Shown one piece after another: positions 1 to 13,065 of a DNA stretch of 64,000 nucleotides. How positions within the stretch are numbered: the stretch's first letter is position 1; every line of letters starts with the position of its first letter. Origin of the DNA: Octopus sinensis. Its lineage: Eukaryota. The stretch covers positions 3,224,001 to 3,288,000 of the forward strand of contig NC_042999.1 of NCBI RefSeq assembly GCF_006345805.1, written 5' to 3'. Position numbers and translations under genes: made by a program. A model generated the notes under the pieces. That model was not told the DNA's origin and ran no database searches. It saw only the letters and a program-made list of their open reading frames with translations.

Positions 1-136
1 AAAATATGAATTAAAATACCCTCTATAGCGTTAAGTTAATTCATGTCTTGTGTGTCTGTGTGTATCTTATAGGTAGTTAGCGTATATCCTACTTATTTCC
101 TCTTGAAGCACATCTTATTCCATTATTACAATCAAT

Positions 137-548
137 AGGCGCAGGAGTGGCTGTCTGGTAAGTAGCTTGCTAACCAACCACATGGTTCCGGGTTCAGTCC
201 CACTGCGTGGCATCTTGGGCAAGTGTCTTCTGCTATAGCACCGGGCCGACCAATGCCTTGTGAGTGGATTTGGTAGACGGAAACTGAAAGAAGCCTGTCG
301 TATATATGTATATATATATATATATAAGTGTGTGTGTATATGTTTGTGTGTCTGTGTTTGTCCCCCTATCATTGCTTGACAACCGATGCTGGTGTGTTTA
401 TGTCCCCGTCACTTAGCGGTTCGGCAAAAGAGACCGATAGAATAAGTACTGGGCTTACAAAGAATAAGTCCCGGGGTCGATTTGCTCGACTAAATGCGGT
501 GCTCCAGCATGGCTGCAGTGAAATGACTGAAACAAGTAAAAGAGTAAT
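137..548 (+). mobile_element. SINE family A (tRNA-derived head, CORE-like segment, internal TA/TG microsatellite), full-length copy
   Basis: Head GGCGCAGGAGTGGCTGTCTGGTAAG...GGGTTCAGTCCC (A/B-box-like), ATCTTGGGCAAGTGTC CORE-like motif, tail ...GACTGAAACAAGTAAAAGAG. About 25 further copies or fragments occur in the window. Confidence 0.85.
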
Positions 549-598
549 ATGTATCCATAGTTACTGTTATATGTTAATCAAACTACATATTAAAATTG

Positions 599-1938
599 GA
601 GATGTACTTGCATAGCAAGTGACTTGATCTGAGATTGTGTGCAGAAAAAAAAAACAATTGCAGTGTGGAAGGTATTTGTAAGCCATTTAAGAACACACAG
701 AAAAATCTGTTAGTTTCACTTCAACACTGAATTTTCATTTGTGTCAAAATATTTTTGGTACTTTGAAACCACGACTTGTTCACTGACTGCAGCACCAGGT
801 TCTGTCAGTGGACATGTTGCAGTTTGGAAGTGATGAAAATATTTTGACACAAACGAAAATTAAATGTTGAAGTGAAACTAACGGTCTTATTTTTGTGTTC
901 TTGAATGGCTTACAAATATCTTCTATACTCTTTACTTGTTTCAGTCATTTGACTAGTACTTATTCTATTGGTCTCTTTTGCCAAACCACTAAGTTATGGG
1001 GATGTAAACACACCAGCATCGGTTGTCAAGCGATGTGGGGGGGGGTCGTCAAACACAGACACACAAATATATACACACATATACATATATCTATATATAT
1101 ATACATATATATGACAGGCTTCTTTCAGTTTCCATCTACCAAATCCACTCACAAAGCTTTGGTCAGCCCGAGACTATAGTAAAAGTCACTTGCCCAAGGT
1201 GCCACACAGTGGGACTGAACCCAGAACCATGTGGTTCATAATCAAGCTACTTACCACACAGCCACTCATACGCCTTCATGCTGATATTAAAATTGAGAAT
1301 TGTGTAAATATTATTTGCAGAGTTATTGTTTAACAAAACAGGAAAATGGAATTTTTTTGGTATTATTTATTCTCCATTACATATGTTTCATTTACTAATA
1401 GGAATTACAAAGATTTACCTAAGGAATTTCTTATTAGAAATTAGTCAGACAGAAGGGAAAATATTTTATATTATACAATGATACATTTGGATGAAGCATT
1501 TATATTTGGATATTAATCAGGAGCATCACAGCCCTGTCTGTATGCTTGCATATACATGTGTGTATGTCTGTACACACGTGTCTATAGCTTTCTCGTACCT
1601 TCACTAAAGCTATTTGTGATGCTCCTCATCAAGATCCTAATAACCTAACCACTTAGCTGAACACTTTCACGAGGCATGGGAACACCTAGTCTGCCACACA
1701 CACACACACACACAACTGACAACTCTATATTTTTCTGCTACAGCACGGATTTTTGTCAGTGAACAGGTCGCGGACTTAAAGCGACGAAAATATTTTGACA
1801 AATTAAACTTAAATGTTGAAGTGAATCGAACGGCTTTTGTGTGTTTCTTAAACGGCTTACAAACACCTTCCACACTGCAATTGTTTCCGTTCCAGCACAC
1901 GATCTCAGATCAAATCACTTGCTATGCAAGTTCATCTC
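599..1938. mobile_element. Long-inverted-repeat (foldback) MITE pieces interrupted by a SINE
   Basis: 599-780 is the reverse complement of about 1760-1938, and 666-755 is the reverse complement of 836-924. Confidence 0.6.
926..1277 (-). mobile_element. SINE family A copy
   Basis: Reverse complement of the 137-548 element, with a small internal deletion. Confidence 0.85.
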
Positions 1939-3102
1939 TGTTATTTCTTTATCTAACTGAACATCACTCAATATCAATGTTCTCAATATCTTAAGATTAT
2001 CAACTGGAAAAAATTACTTCTGTAAATCCTTACAAGAATTTATTACATATAGGCACAGGCATGGCTGTGTGGCAAGTTTACCTCCCAACCACATGGTTCC
2101 AGGTTCAATACTTCTGCAAAGTATCTTGGGAAACAGCCTTCTAGTATAGACTCATCATCATCATCATCGTTTAACATCCGCTTTCCATGCTAGTATGGGT
2201 TGGACAATTTTGATTGAGGGCTGGCGAACCAGATGGCTGCATCAGGCTCCAATCTTGATCTCAGACTGACCAAACCTTTAGGAGTGGATTTGGTGGAGAG
2301 AAACTGAAGAAACCCCGTCGTGTGTGTGTGTTTGTTTTCCACTACCATTTGATAACTGTGATGATGATGATGATGTTTATGTCCCCATAACTTTGCAGTT
2401 TGGTAAAAGAGACCGAAAGAACAAGCACCAAGGTTAAAAAAATACAAGTGCTGGGGTTGATTCATTCAACAAAAAATTCTTCAAGGTGGTGCCCCAGCAT
2501 GGCCACAGTCAAATGAGGGAAACAAGTAAAAGATAAACGCTCCCCTATAAATTAAATTAAATTAATTCTTGTATCATCCTGCAACAAAGATAAAAAGGGG
2601 GAGAAAGCTGTTCAATATTTCCCCAGCCATAGAAAACCTTATCCTTTGGCATTTCTCCTTTTATATCCACAGTGAGTTACTCCTGAAGGTTTTCATAAAC
2701 TATATATCTAAAAGGGGATTACATAGAAGTTATTCATAGCTAATGGTCCAGTTATGCAATCTTTTATTCAGAAAACCTCTCTAATGGATTCACGAAATTC
2801 ATGTAAATTTCTATTAAAGTCTTTCATAATTTTTTTTACCTTTAAAATGTCAGTCATGACTGATTCGCTATTAAAATTATCAAATATATGATGTTGCAGT
2901 TTACATTTATTTATTCCTGTTTTTTTTTTTTTAGTTTAATATTCTTCCTCCACTTATAACCCCACCTTTACCCCTGCCTCTCTACCTTGATGTCCATTCT
3001 GTTTAATCTTTCATTATGTACTTTCACTTTCATAACCTCTTCTCCACACCATTTATATTTTCTTTCAACTTCATTATATTAAGAACTCTCAGAATTGGCA
3101 GC

Positions 3103-3133
<31 letters not shown>

Positions 3134-3589
3134 TTTTTGGTTCATCACTTTCAAATTCACAGCAAGATTATTATCAAAGTGCTGAATAATAAAAAAAAAG
3201 TAAAAAAATAAAAAAAGGTAAAAAATGGTAAAAGACCCTAGTGTTCTGTAGACATATTAGCCATTCAACCAGTCAAAAGATTCTTTGTAAAATTCTGTTG
3301 GAACCTTTGAAAGCAAATCATTAAATTGGTGTTAGGTTTCAAGAAAAAGCTTCCAGCATTTCAAGAGAATTCCCATGAGTCTTGCTAATATATGATTGGA
3401 ATGTATTTATTAAAAAAAGGTATCAGTGCATTAAAAAGTAAAAGTATCCTTTGACTTGCTTTGTTTTATGTTCGGGGGCGGGGGGGTATTTTTTTTGTAT
3501 CTTTATTACCAATTTTCTGTTTTTGTTATTTATTATTTCGTGTTTTATTTTCATTAGTGCTTGCAAACTTATTTTTATTACCTTACTTT

Positions 3590-4002
3590 TTATAACATAC
3601 ATACATATACATATATATATATATAAATATATATACGTACACATATGTATGTATGTATGTATATATATATATGTGCGTATGTATGTATACACAGACGTAT
3701 GCATGTATATATATATATATAATATATATATATATGATGATGATGATGATGTATGTATACATACACATATATATACATGTATGTATGCATACACACACAT
3801 TTATATACATATATATATATATATATATACACATATATACATACACACATATATATCCATATATATAAATATATACACATATATACATACAAACACACAC
3901 ATATATATACACACACACACACATATATATACATACACACACCATATACATGTATGTGTACACACATGCGTATATATATATATATATACATGTGTGTGTG
4001 AT
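3590..4002. repeat. Compound (TA)n/(CA)n/(TACA)n microsatellite tract
   Basis: Seen directly; it explains the overlapping YIYI ORFs on both strands. Confidence 0.95.
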
Positions 4003-4109
4003 GTGAGAGGTATTTGATGATTTAATGAAACAAATCTAATCTCGTTAAAGTAAAATATATTCTAATGAAAATTTGTCTCCATGTTTATCCATAAGCTTTC
4101 TTATAAGCT

Positions 4110-4320
4110 TCTTCTATGAATCCACCTTCAAGGACTGCTTCGATGTGGGACTGTCCTTAATAAACAGTCCTTATTCGTTTTGGACATCATGCAGATAATG
4201 GTGGCATTTCAGTGAAGCTGTGGAATGTCGACTAGTCTCAATTTCTACAAAACTCCAAATGTTGTAGTCCATGGGGTTCAAATCTGGTGAGTTTGGACAC
4301 CACAAGTTTGGTGTTGCATG
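4110..4320 (-). pseudogene. Tc1/mariner (maT/DD37D-like) transposase C-terminal remnant
   Basis: Minus-strand translation HATPNLWCPNSPDLNPMDYNIWSFVEIET, then after a frameshift ...HIEAVLEGGFIEE. SPDLNPxDY is the third-catalytic-residue motif of this group. Confidence 0.8.
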
Positions 4321-5924
4321 ATTATAAAGATTATTGACATCTGGCTGACCAAAGCATTGTGAATGGATTAGGTTGACAGAAATTAAAAGAATTCTGGCAG
4401 CTGTGCATATGTGTGTGTGTGTGTGTGGCAGGGTGTAAATGCACTTAGCTTAGACATTTTGGGGGACCACCAGATCGAACTATCTCAAGTGTAACTGTCC
4501 GAAATGGTCATGACTTCTGGTACTTGACTGAAGAAAGAAAGCCAAGAATGACCTGTCTTTTTTTGCCTGTCCTTCTAATTGTTGTTTCACATGTCTGCTT
4601 TTGTGTTGTCTATCTATCTGAATGTTTTAGTGCCCTCTATTGCGTTTTTGTTCCATATATATATATATATATACACACACATGCATACACACTTCCATCC
4701 ATCAGTCTGGTCAGGTGACACTTTGAACTGAGTTGGTGTGCTTACACCCATTTATCTACAAGAAATTTTCTCCATGACTAAATATGATATACAGTGACTA
4801 CAGAAATACAGGTTCAAATATGATTGAGCATATTTGAAGTGGTAACAAATTTATGTATGTATATGTGTGTGTATGTATATATATAATATGAGGGGTTTAG
4901 TTCACTGGTGATCTAAACGAATAGGTACGCTGAGTAAGTGTTATAATTGGCCATCTATTAGGTTCCAAGTTCACAGATGAGGCTGGAGCTAGGAATCTGT
5001 ATTAGGCTTCCATATCAACAGGTATATATTAGAGGAAAAGGACAACAGAAACCTTTGAAGACATGTGAAATAAGAGACCCCTTGACTTAAAAAGAGATAA
5101 GAGTTAATGTCAGGCAGGGCAGCAATCATAATGCAAACCAATGCCTCACTAATATATTATTCCAATCCATGCAAACATGAAAATCAATGAAATAAATGAA
5201 GATAGATACATGTGCACAGATACGCTCATTTTTATGATATATAGCACACACACACACACACATATATATATATTCTTAAGGACTATACTAAACCTGGCGC
5301 GTTAAATAGTCATACAGGAGTGTTTTCTAAATGTGTCCACTTCAAGCACTGCCTACTGGAAAATTGAATCACCCCCGTTAGCTGGTTAGACATTTTCAGG
5401 GTCTATAAGGGTAGTTTTATCCCCTGTTTCAGAGGAGACAACCTGTCCTCATTAATGTGTTTATGTTATGGCTTAAATCTCAATTTCTGAGCATTTCTTC
5501 ACATCCACGACGTAGAAAGTTTTGTATTTTTTGTCTTAGTATAGAGTCTGACGAGCCTTCCACAAGGCTTTGGCTTTGTGGATATGTTTCTTTTGTGGTT
5601 GAGTTAAAGTGGTTGGCATTAGGAAGAGCATCAAACTACAGAACCTGGTGCTGCTTTCTAGTTTGCCATCTCTGGTCAAACCATCCAACCCATGCCAGCA
5701 TGAAAAATGGACATTAAAGGATGATGATGATTATAAAGAGTGTGCTGGGTGTTTTTGTGTGGCACCCATATATATGTGTGTGTGTGTGTAAATATGATGA
5801 ACAATAAAAAAGACAACATAGGTTTTACAAATACATTTTTAGTTTACTGTTTTAATGTGTGTGTGTGTGTATAGTAAGCCACATATTTAATTTCATTTGA
5901 GTTTGAGTCCATGCTCATATTGTG

Positions 5925-6165
5925 AGATAAGTGGCTTAATGCTTAGGGTGGTAGGCTCATGATCATAAAATTGTGGTTTTGATTCTCAGATCAGTGGTTT
6001 GTTGTGTTCTTGAGCAAAACACTTCATTTCACATTGCCTCATTCTCCTCAGATGGCAGCAATGAGAAATCCTGTAATAAACTGATGTCCCATCCAGGAAG
6101 CATATATATGCAGCACAGAATTTGGGAAACTGGCCTTATGAGCCTATACTTAAGAAGGACCATGT
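5925..6165 (+). mobile_element. SINE family F (tRNA head, CORE-like segment, V-domain-like segment), decayed
   Basis: GTGGCTTAATGCTTAGGGTGG...GTTTTGATTCTC...TTCTTGAGCAAAACACTTCATTTCAC...GTCCCATCCAGG. Related copies at 32460-32690 (-), 37570-37790 (+) and 60045-60240 (+). Confidence 0.6.
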
Positions 6166-6383
6166 TTCCAGGTTCAGCCCCACTGAGTGGAATCTTATGA
6201 ATGTGCCTTCCACAACAGCTTTGGGCCAATCAAAGCCTTGTGAGTGGATTTGGTAGACGGAAACTGAAAGTAGTCCATTAGATATATTGAATTTATCTTT
6301 CAAACAAACACCTTTCATAGTATTACTTTAAATTTAAAAAAGAAAAACTACCATTCGATATGTTATACAGAATTCAAATTTTA

Positions 6384-6475
6384 TATCTCTGAAGAGCAGA
6401 AGGGTTGTCTATAAATGCTTATCAATATAGGATTTCATTATAGGGACAACACTTCTGTGAAACGATCGTAAGATA
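6384..6475 (+). ncRNA. Type-I hammerhead ribozyme motif (Penelope/retrozyme-like, palindromic stem III)
   Basis: UAUCU-CUGAAGA-GCAGAAG...CUUCUGU-GAAAC-GAUC-GUA-AGAUA. Stem I UAUCU/AGAUA, long stem II, ACGAUCGU palindrome, predicted cleavage after A6470. Confidence 0.75.
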
Positions 6476-8310
6476 CTTTAAATACTTAATTCAAAACTTT
6501 TAAACTGTCATATACATTATAAATTTATACTTATACGTAATTACATATATTTTTATATATATTTATAATTATATTTATATATTTTAATACAACAATTATT
6601 TTTCACACATGTATATATTTCTGAGGAGTTTTCTGATATTGATTTTCTAATATTAATAATAATATATTATTAAAACACACACACACACACACACACAACA
6701 CACACACACACACACAAGCATCTGTATGTGTGTGTGTTTTTCCCCCACCACTGCTTGACAATGAGTGCTGGTGTGTTAATGTCCCCATAACTTAGCAGTT
6801 TACCAAAAGAGGCCAATAAAATAAGTACCAGGCTTTACAAAATATAGTAAAGTACTAAAATTCTTAATGGCTGCAGTCTAATGACTGAAACACGTAAAAA
6901 GCAAAAAATTGTGATTATGAGTCAGTATCTTTTTGGAAATGGTTTTGTGAACAAAACCATTTCCAAACAGGATTCTTCAGCAAGCATCATAGTGCATTGC
7001 AATAAAATTAAGAACGACGCAAAAATTTGGATAAGTGGCTGTTTTCGTGACATATACATAGATACATACAATGGCCCTTCACACAATCTTGTGTGTGTAT
7101 GTGGTAGTTATGTCAGTATAAAGGTGAACATGGTTAGTAAATTACACTGAATGGCTGAATTATATGGTTCGAAATAGCAGCTACTTGAAACGTTTTGTAG
7201 TCTATTTGGTTAATAACCTGCTGAGGTTTTATGGATATACATAGAGATGGAAATAAAGTTTATGTACCTATTATTCCTTAGCAAATGAATTACGACACAG
7301 CATTACCATAATACTCTTCCATAACATTTTCTACTGTTAAAAACGTAAAGCTTTGAGAAAATTCTAGGAAATTGATGCTTGGAATCAGTTCTGTAGAATG
7401 GCACAAGTTCTAAAGAGGTCCTCATTGTGATAGCTTCTGGTCTGTGGGATCAATTTTAACTGAACGTTGGTGTTGCCTTGGTGGAGTTTCACACTTCCTG
7501 AGTGCTCTTGTTGTTATTATTATGAGTTCAAATTCTGCTGAGGTTACCCTCACCTTTCATGCTTCCAGAGTCAATGAATTAAGTACCAGTTTAGTGTGAT
7601 GTTTGTCCCTCACCACTGCTTCACAAACAGTGTTGGTTTGTTTATGTCCCTGTAACATAACAGTGGCACAAAAAAGGCCAATAGAATTACTTAAAAATTG
7701 TCCCCAGTTCTTAAAAATAATAAGTACTAAGGCAATTTGCTTGACCAAACTGTTCAAGGCAGTGCCCCAGCATGGCCACAATCCAAAGACTGAAACAAGC
7801 AAAAGGCATTAGGGTTGATTAAATAATTTAGTCATGTACCAAACAGAGCCCTATTGACTAAACAGGGATCAATCTTATTTTCCATATTTAAAGGCTTAAT
7901 AAAATAATTACTTGATTATATATGTGTGGGTTCAATCAGCTATAAAGGGATCAATTATGCTTTTCATATTTTTAAGGTTGATTAAATAATTACTAGTTAT
8001 GTTTAGTTCAGTTGACTAAACAATAATCGGTTCTAACATTCATATTTCAAGGACTGATAAAAGAACTATTGATTGTGCACCGGATTAAGTTTAACTGACG
8101 ATATGGGGGCTTATTTCTATCTTTTTATGATTCAAGGATGAATAAAATAATCACCAGTCGTGTACTAGATTGAACTCAATTAACTAAACCAGATTTACTA
8201 GTTATGGACCGTATTGGATCAGTTAACTGTGCAGAGATAATGTTTCAGTGATTGATAAAATAATTGTCGTTTACCAGATTGGGTTTAATTAAATATATAT
8301 ATATATATAT

Positions 8311-8685
8311 AGGCACAGGCATGGCTGTGTGGTAAGAAGTTGGCTTCCCAACCACATAGTTCAAGGTTCACTCCTACTGTGTGGCACCTAGGGCAAGTGT
8401 TTTCTATTATATAGCCTTGGGAGAGGGTTTGGTAGACGGAAACTGAAAGAAGCCCATCGCATATGTCTGTCTGTGTGTGTCTTTGCAAATTTGTGTGTCA
8501 CCCAACCCCACTTGACAACCAATGTTAGTGTGTTTATGTCCCAAAAACTTAGCAGTTCAGTAAAAGAGACTGATAGAATAAATACCAGGCTTCAAAGTAC
8601 AGGGGTCAATTCATTTCCTTAAGAATCCTTCAAGACAGCGCCCCAGCATGGCCAGTCTCATGAGTGAAACATGTAAAAGATAACA
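8311..8685 (+). mobile_element. SINE family A copy
   Basis: Same head, body and tail as 137-548. Confidence 0.8.
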
Positions 8686-8904
8686 GATAGCAATCACTTC
8701 TATCTCACATTTGAAGGGTTCATTCAATAATTGTTAGTCATCAGCAGATAGGGTCCAGTTGACAAAACAAGGCTCAGTTATATTTTCCAAGTTTCAAGGA
8801 TAGATAAATACCCTAATTTTAGCCTGGGTTCATTTAATTATATTTTACTTAAACATAAGCCCATCACTCCCTAGGGACCTTAGGCCATCGATGACATTTC
8901 TTCA

Positions 8905-9295
8905 CTCTTTTACTTGTTTCAGTCATTTGACTGTGGCCATGCTGGAGCACTGCCTTTAGTCAAGCAAATCGACCCCAGGACTTATTCTTTGTAAGCCTAG
9001 TACTTATTCTATCGGTCTCTTTTGCTGAACTGCTAAGTTACGGGGACTTAAACACACCAGCATCGGTTGTCAAGTGATGTTGTGGGGACAAACACAGGCA
9101 AACATATACACACACACACGTACATATACATATATATATACATATATATGATGGGCGTCTTTCAGTTTCCGTCTACCAAATCCACTCACAAGGCTTTGGC
9201 CGGCCCAAGACTATAGTAAAAGACACTTGCCCAAAGTGTCACGCAATGGGACTGAACCCAGAACCATGTGGTTGGTAAACAAGCTACTTACCATT
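8905..9295 (-). mobile_element. SINE family A copy (head truncated)
   Basis: Reverse complement of the family A consensus. Confidence 0.8.
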
Positions 9296-9668
9296 TGACT
9301 TTGGATTGTCTTTTCTGCTTCTCTCCAGATGGCGCTCTCCTTGGTCTTGTTGATTTGAAATTATCACCAAGGCTTCATTAAGATTGCTTGTTTCTAAGTC
9401 AGGGCTCCCCGCAAACCCATTTTTACCTGGGGGAAGAGGTGGCACATATTAGTCTGACCTCTATCCTTTGACCTATCCCACATGAGAGGCTCTATAAGGA
9501 GCTTGGTCATTGAGACACAAGCCACAAGGATTTGTCCTTGTGGTGGTCAGTTAACGATATTGGGACAAATCATGTTTTTTTATGTTTGAAGTGTTGATTA
9601 AATAAATGCTAGTTATATGGCAGATAGGGTCCCATTGAGTAAATAGAGATCAATTCTATCTTTCAAGT

Positions 9669-10346
9669 TTAACCCTTTAGCATTTAAACCAGCCCAAATT
9701 AGTCTCCCTGTTTTAAATTCAAACTGAATAGATCCAGACTCACTCACCTATCCTACAATAAACAATCACATCATGGAAATCTTAAAGCTATGAGATAATA
9801 ATAATAATAATGAAATTATTGTATACAGTTCTCAGGTGCACCACAACAAAAGTGCATATAAAGCATATGCAGTAATGGAAAGTGAACAGTGTATGAGTCA
9901 GATACATGCTTGTGTGTGTATGGAGGGGAGAACACCAGGTGTAGTGTTGGCGAATCTCAGGAAGCATAGAAGTTTTGAAGGATGCAGTGCTCTGACAGCT
10001 AACAACTGATGCCAGCAGTTTGTTCCATGCTTGAGCAACTCTTAGTGTGAAAAAATGTTTCCGAAAGTCATGGGAGCTGTGCTGTTTTCTGACATTGTAA
10101 ACATGTCCACGGATGTTAGACAGATGGAGTTTGAAAAGGTACTCAGTGTTATTGTTTGTAAGATGGTTAATAATTTTATGGGTGTCTGTCAAGTCAGCTG
10201 CCAAACATCTGATTGCAATAAAGATCTTATAGTGTACAGGATCTGTCCTCTTTATTTCGAGGTACATTCTAATGCATGATTAATTCAAAACAATGTGAAC
10301 AAATAAGCAATTACATTTGACAGAGTAATCCCAATGTTTAAGGGTT
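9669..10346. mobile_element. TTAA-flanked piggyBac-type MITE interrupted by a CR1 3' fragment
   Basis: TTAA-CCCTTTAGCATT ... AATGTTTAAGGG-TTGA; same family as 20637-21273. Confidence 0.65.
9790..10272 (-). mobile_element. CR1-type LINE 3' fragment with (ATT)n tail
   Basis: ORF 9788-10267 contains LFKLHLSNIRGHVYNV...FFTLRVAQAWNKL, the typical CR1/L2 ORF2 C-terminus. Homologous to 42437-43170. Confidence 0.85.
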
Positions 10347-10529
10347 GATAAAATAACTGTCAGGAATGCAACAGGCATGGGCATGGCTGGATGGTTAAGA
10401 AGTTCTCTTCACAATCACAGAATTTCACGTTTATTCCCACTGTGCTGTTATTTCTAGCAGCCTGATTGGCTATGTAGAAGCAGTGATGTTTCTAGCACTT
10501 AAGTGTGTAGAGCTTTTGTGGTTGTGCTA

Positions 10530-10910
10530 ATGGTAGTAGTAGTGGTAGTGGTGGTGGTGGTGGTGGTAGTAGTAGTGTTGGTGGTGGTAGTAGTAGTGTT
10601 GGTGGTGGTAGCAGAGTTATGGTTGTTATTGTGGTGGTGTTTGTGGTGGTGGTAGTAGCAGTAATAGTATTAACAGTAGTAGTGTTGTTGTTGGTGGTAG
10701 TAGTAGTAGTTGTGGTGGTGCTGGTAGTAGTAGTTGTGGTGGTGCTAGTAGTAGCAGTGTTTGTGGTGGTGGTAGTAGTAGTGGTGTTTGTGGTGGCAAT
10801 GCTATTTGTTAGTGATGATAGTGTTGGTAGTGGTTGTAGTACAGCAGTGGTAACAATGGTAGTTATTGTACAAGCAGTAGTAGAAACATTAGTGTTGGTA
10901 TGATAGTGAT
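10530..10910. repeat. (GTA/GTG/GTT)n trinucleotide tract
   Basis: Seen directly; it produces the spurious poly-Val ORF. Confidence 0.95.
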
Positions 10911-11419
10911 GATACCAACACTATCATCGCTAACAATACCATTGCTACCACAAACACTTAGTAAGTAAGTAGTACCCAACTGATTACAGACGGTGTTTTT
11001 TTTTCGATGCTGCACCGAAGAACTCCGAACCAAATATCGAAACATTGTTGCAAAGCAAGAAATAAAATAGATTTTTTTTCTTTTTCTTTTTTTCGTTTTG
11101 GTTCCTGACGAGAATTGTTTTACATATTTGGATATAAAACACGCAAAGAGCAAATAAAAATAACCAAAATACAAAGAATTTTATGTCAATGTGCTGAGAA
11201 AGTAACTTTTAAAGAGAATATATTTCGAGGCTGAATAGTTTCTTATCATAATTGCACAGTTCCAGCATCAAACAACATCTCTGGATAGGAAGGTGGAGAT
11301 GGCGAGGTAGGATTGGCTGAAATTTTTGCTGCACTTGTCAACAAATTGTTATGTATGAATTCATATTTTACACGCTAAAATGCGATATTAATAATGGATA
11401 ATATTTGCAGTTTGATGCG

Positions 11420-11987
11420 TTGTGTTAAGGGTATGTATATATTTATCTATGCGTGTGTATATTCACACACAGACACACACACACACACATGCACGGGTTA
11501 AGATTGATGCATAAACACACAAACAGAAAATACATATTTAGCTATAACAAGTATTCATGCATATATATATGTATATATATATATAAACATTCACATGCAT
11601 ACACAAATATATATCATGTGTGTATATATATTTTATATATATATATATATATACATAAATACATGATATATATTTGTATATGTATGCATGTGTGTATGTA
11701 TATATCTCCTATTTTCCCACACACATACATATATATAAACTATATACATACACATGCATACACGAATATATATCATGCGTGTATATATATTGTGTGTATA
11801 TATATATATATATGTATATGTAAAATACATATACACTATGTGTATGTATGCATGTGTATGTATATATCTCATATATATACATATACATACACACACATTA
11901 TATATATACATATATATGTAAAAGAAGTATATGCATACACAAATATATATATATATAGATCTCTATATGTATATACATCTGTCTATA

Positions 11988-12022
<35 letters not shown>
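11420..12022. repeat. Compound TA/CA/TG microsatellite tract
   Basis: Seen directly. Confidence 0.9.
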
Positions 12023-12025
<3 letters not shown>

Positions 12026-12349
12026 CAAAGAAACATGTATAAGATTCGCTACTTTTCCCCTTGAGTCTGTTAAGAGGTATAATCTGCATAATAGCACCTG
12101 AACATTGGTGATAGTTTATTTTCCTCTGAGGCATGATATCACATCTGAAACAATATTACGTGCAAATTGCCGAAAGGAAATGCTTCCAGTGAGTACTTAA
12201 AATACAGTTAGGTGCCTGGAGTGCTTTCCCCACAATCTTGCACATCTTTGAACAGTGAGTTCATAACTGTAGCCAAAACAGATTAGACCTCATGGCAGAG
12301 ACACCAACAATGATTGGCTGCTCTCTGTAATGCCAACCTTTTTACAGCA

Positions 12350-12620
12350 TATAGGGAGCAGGTGCTGAAAAGTTGCTAGCTTGGGTAAAAGAAAATACAG
12401 AGGGATCAGTTTATTATGATTTTAGTTACATTGATAGGTTTTGGCCATGTCTAACTTAATAGCACCACCTTCAACATATTCCCCTCTCAGAATTATACAC
12501 TTATTTCAAAGGCCCTTCAGTTTTTCTAAGCTCTGTAAAAGAACTTGAAAGTTTAGGCCTCCGGTCAGGCCTTTTGTGATACCCTTAAAACCAGGAACTT
12601 TTTAGTACCCCCCCCCATAT
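12350..12620. mobile_element. Mariner-type MITE (TA-flanked, about 30-bp TIRs)
   Basis: Left end GGTGCTGAAAAGTTGCTAGCTT versus the right-end reverse complement GGTACTAAAAAGTTCCTGGTTT. Confidence 0.6.
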
Positions 12621-13025
12621 ACATGTATATACATACAAGGGGTGCTTCATGGATTTTCTTCTCAAGTACGATATAATGCCAAAGGCCTTGGTTATTGCCT
12701 CCATGAAGCCCAACACTCGAAAGGAGCTTTTCATGTGCTACCAGCATCAGCCACTTCGCCTCCATGAGGCCCAACTGCTTGAAAGGCATGGGTGAAACAT
12801 ACATGAACACAATGTATACATGCATGTGTAATATATATATATATATATATTATGTGAAATAGAAAGATGAATAATCTTGTAGTAGATTAATCAAAAGTTT
12901 AACCGATACCTTAGTAGCAAAAATCACAGCAGTAAACAGCACGGTTGGAGGTACAACCATCTGGCGTTGCAACCGTGCGTTGGTGCGGATAATTGAAATT
13001 ACCAATAATATATATATATATTCAC

Positions 13026-13046
<21 letters not shown>

Positions 13047-13065
<19 letters not shown>

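Noticed and set aside
115-615. Recurring ORFs such as ...QASFSFRLPNPLTRHWSARGYSRRHLPKVPRSGTEPGTMWLV...
   Set aside because: These are frames through SINE family A copies; the same peptide recurs wherever the SINE does.
3423-4017. Long ORFs rich in YI/HT/VC (also 11453-12134, 14554-15112, 32611-33403, 33887-34114, 35648-36110)
   Set aside because: These are translations of dinucleotide microsatellites, open in several frames on both strands.
6318-6326. TAGTATTAC, the CRESS origin nonanucleotide
   Set aside because: No flanking stem, and it is 50 kb from the Rep fragment; expected by chance in AT-rich DNA. No origin stem-loop was found near the Rep.
10995-11060. CCGAAGA...GAAACATTGTTGCA, and similar partial cores near 7150-7195, 41610-41650 and 47710-47760
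   Set aside because: The core is incomplete or stem II is unpaired; too degenerate to call hammerheads.
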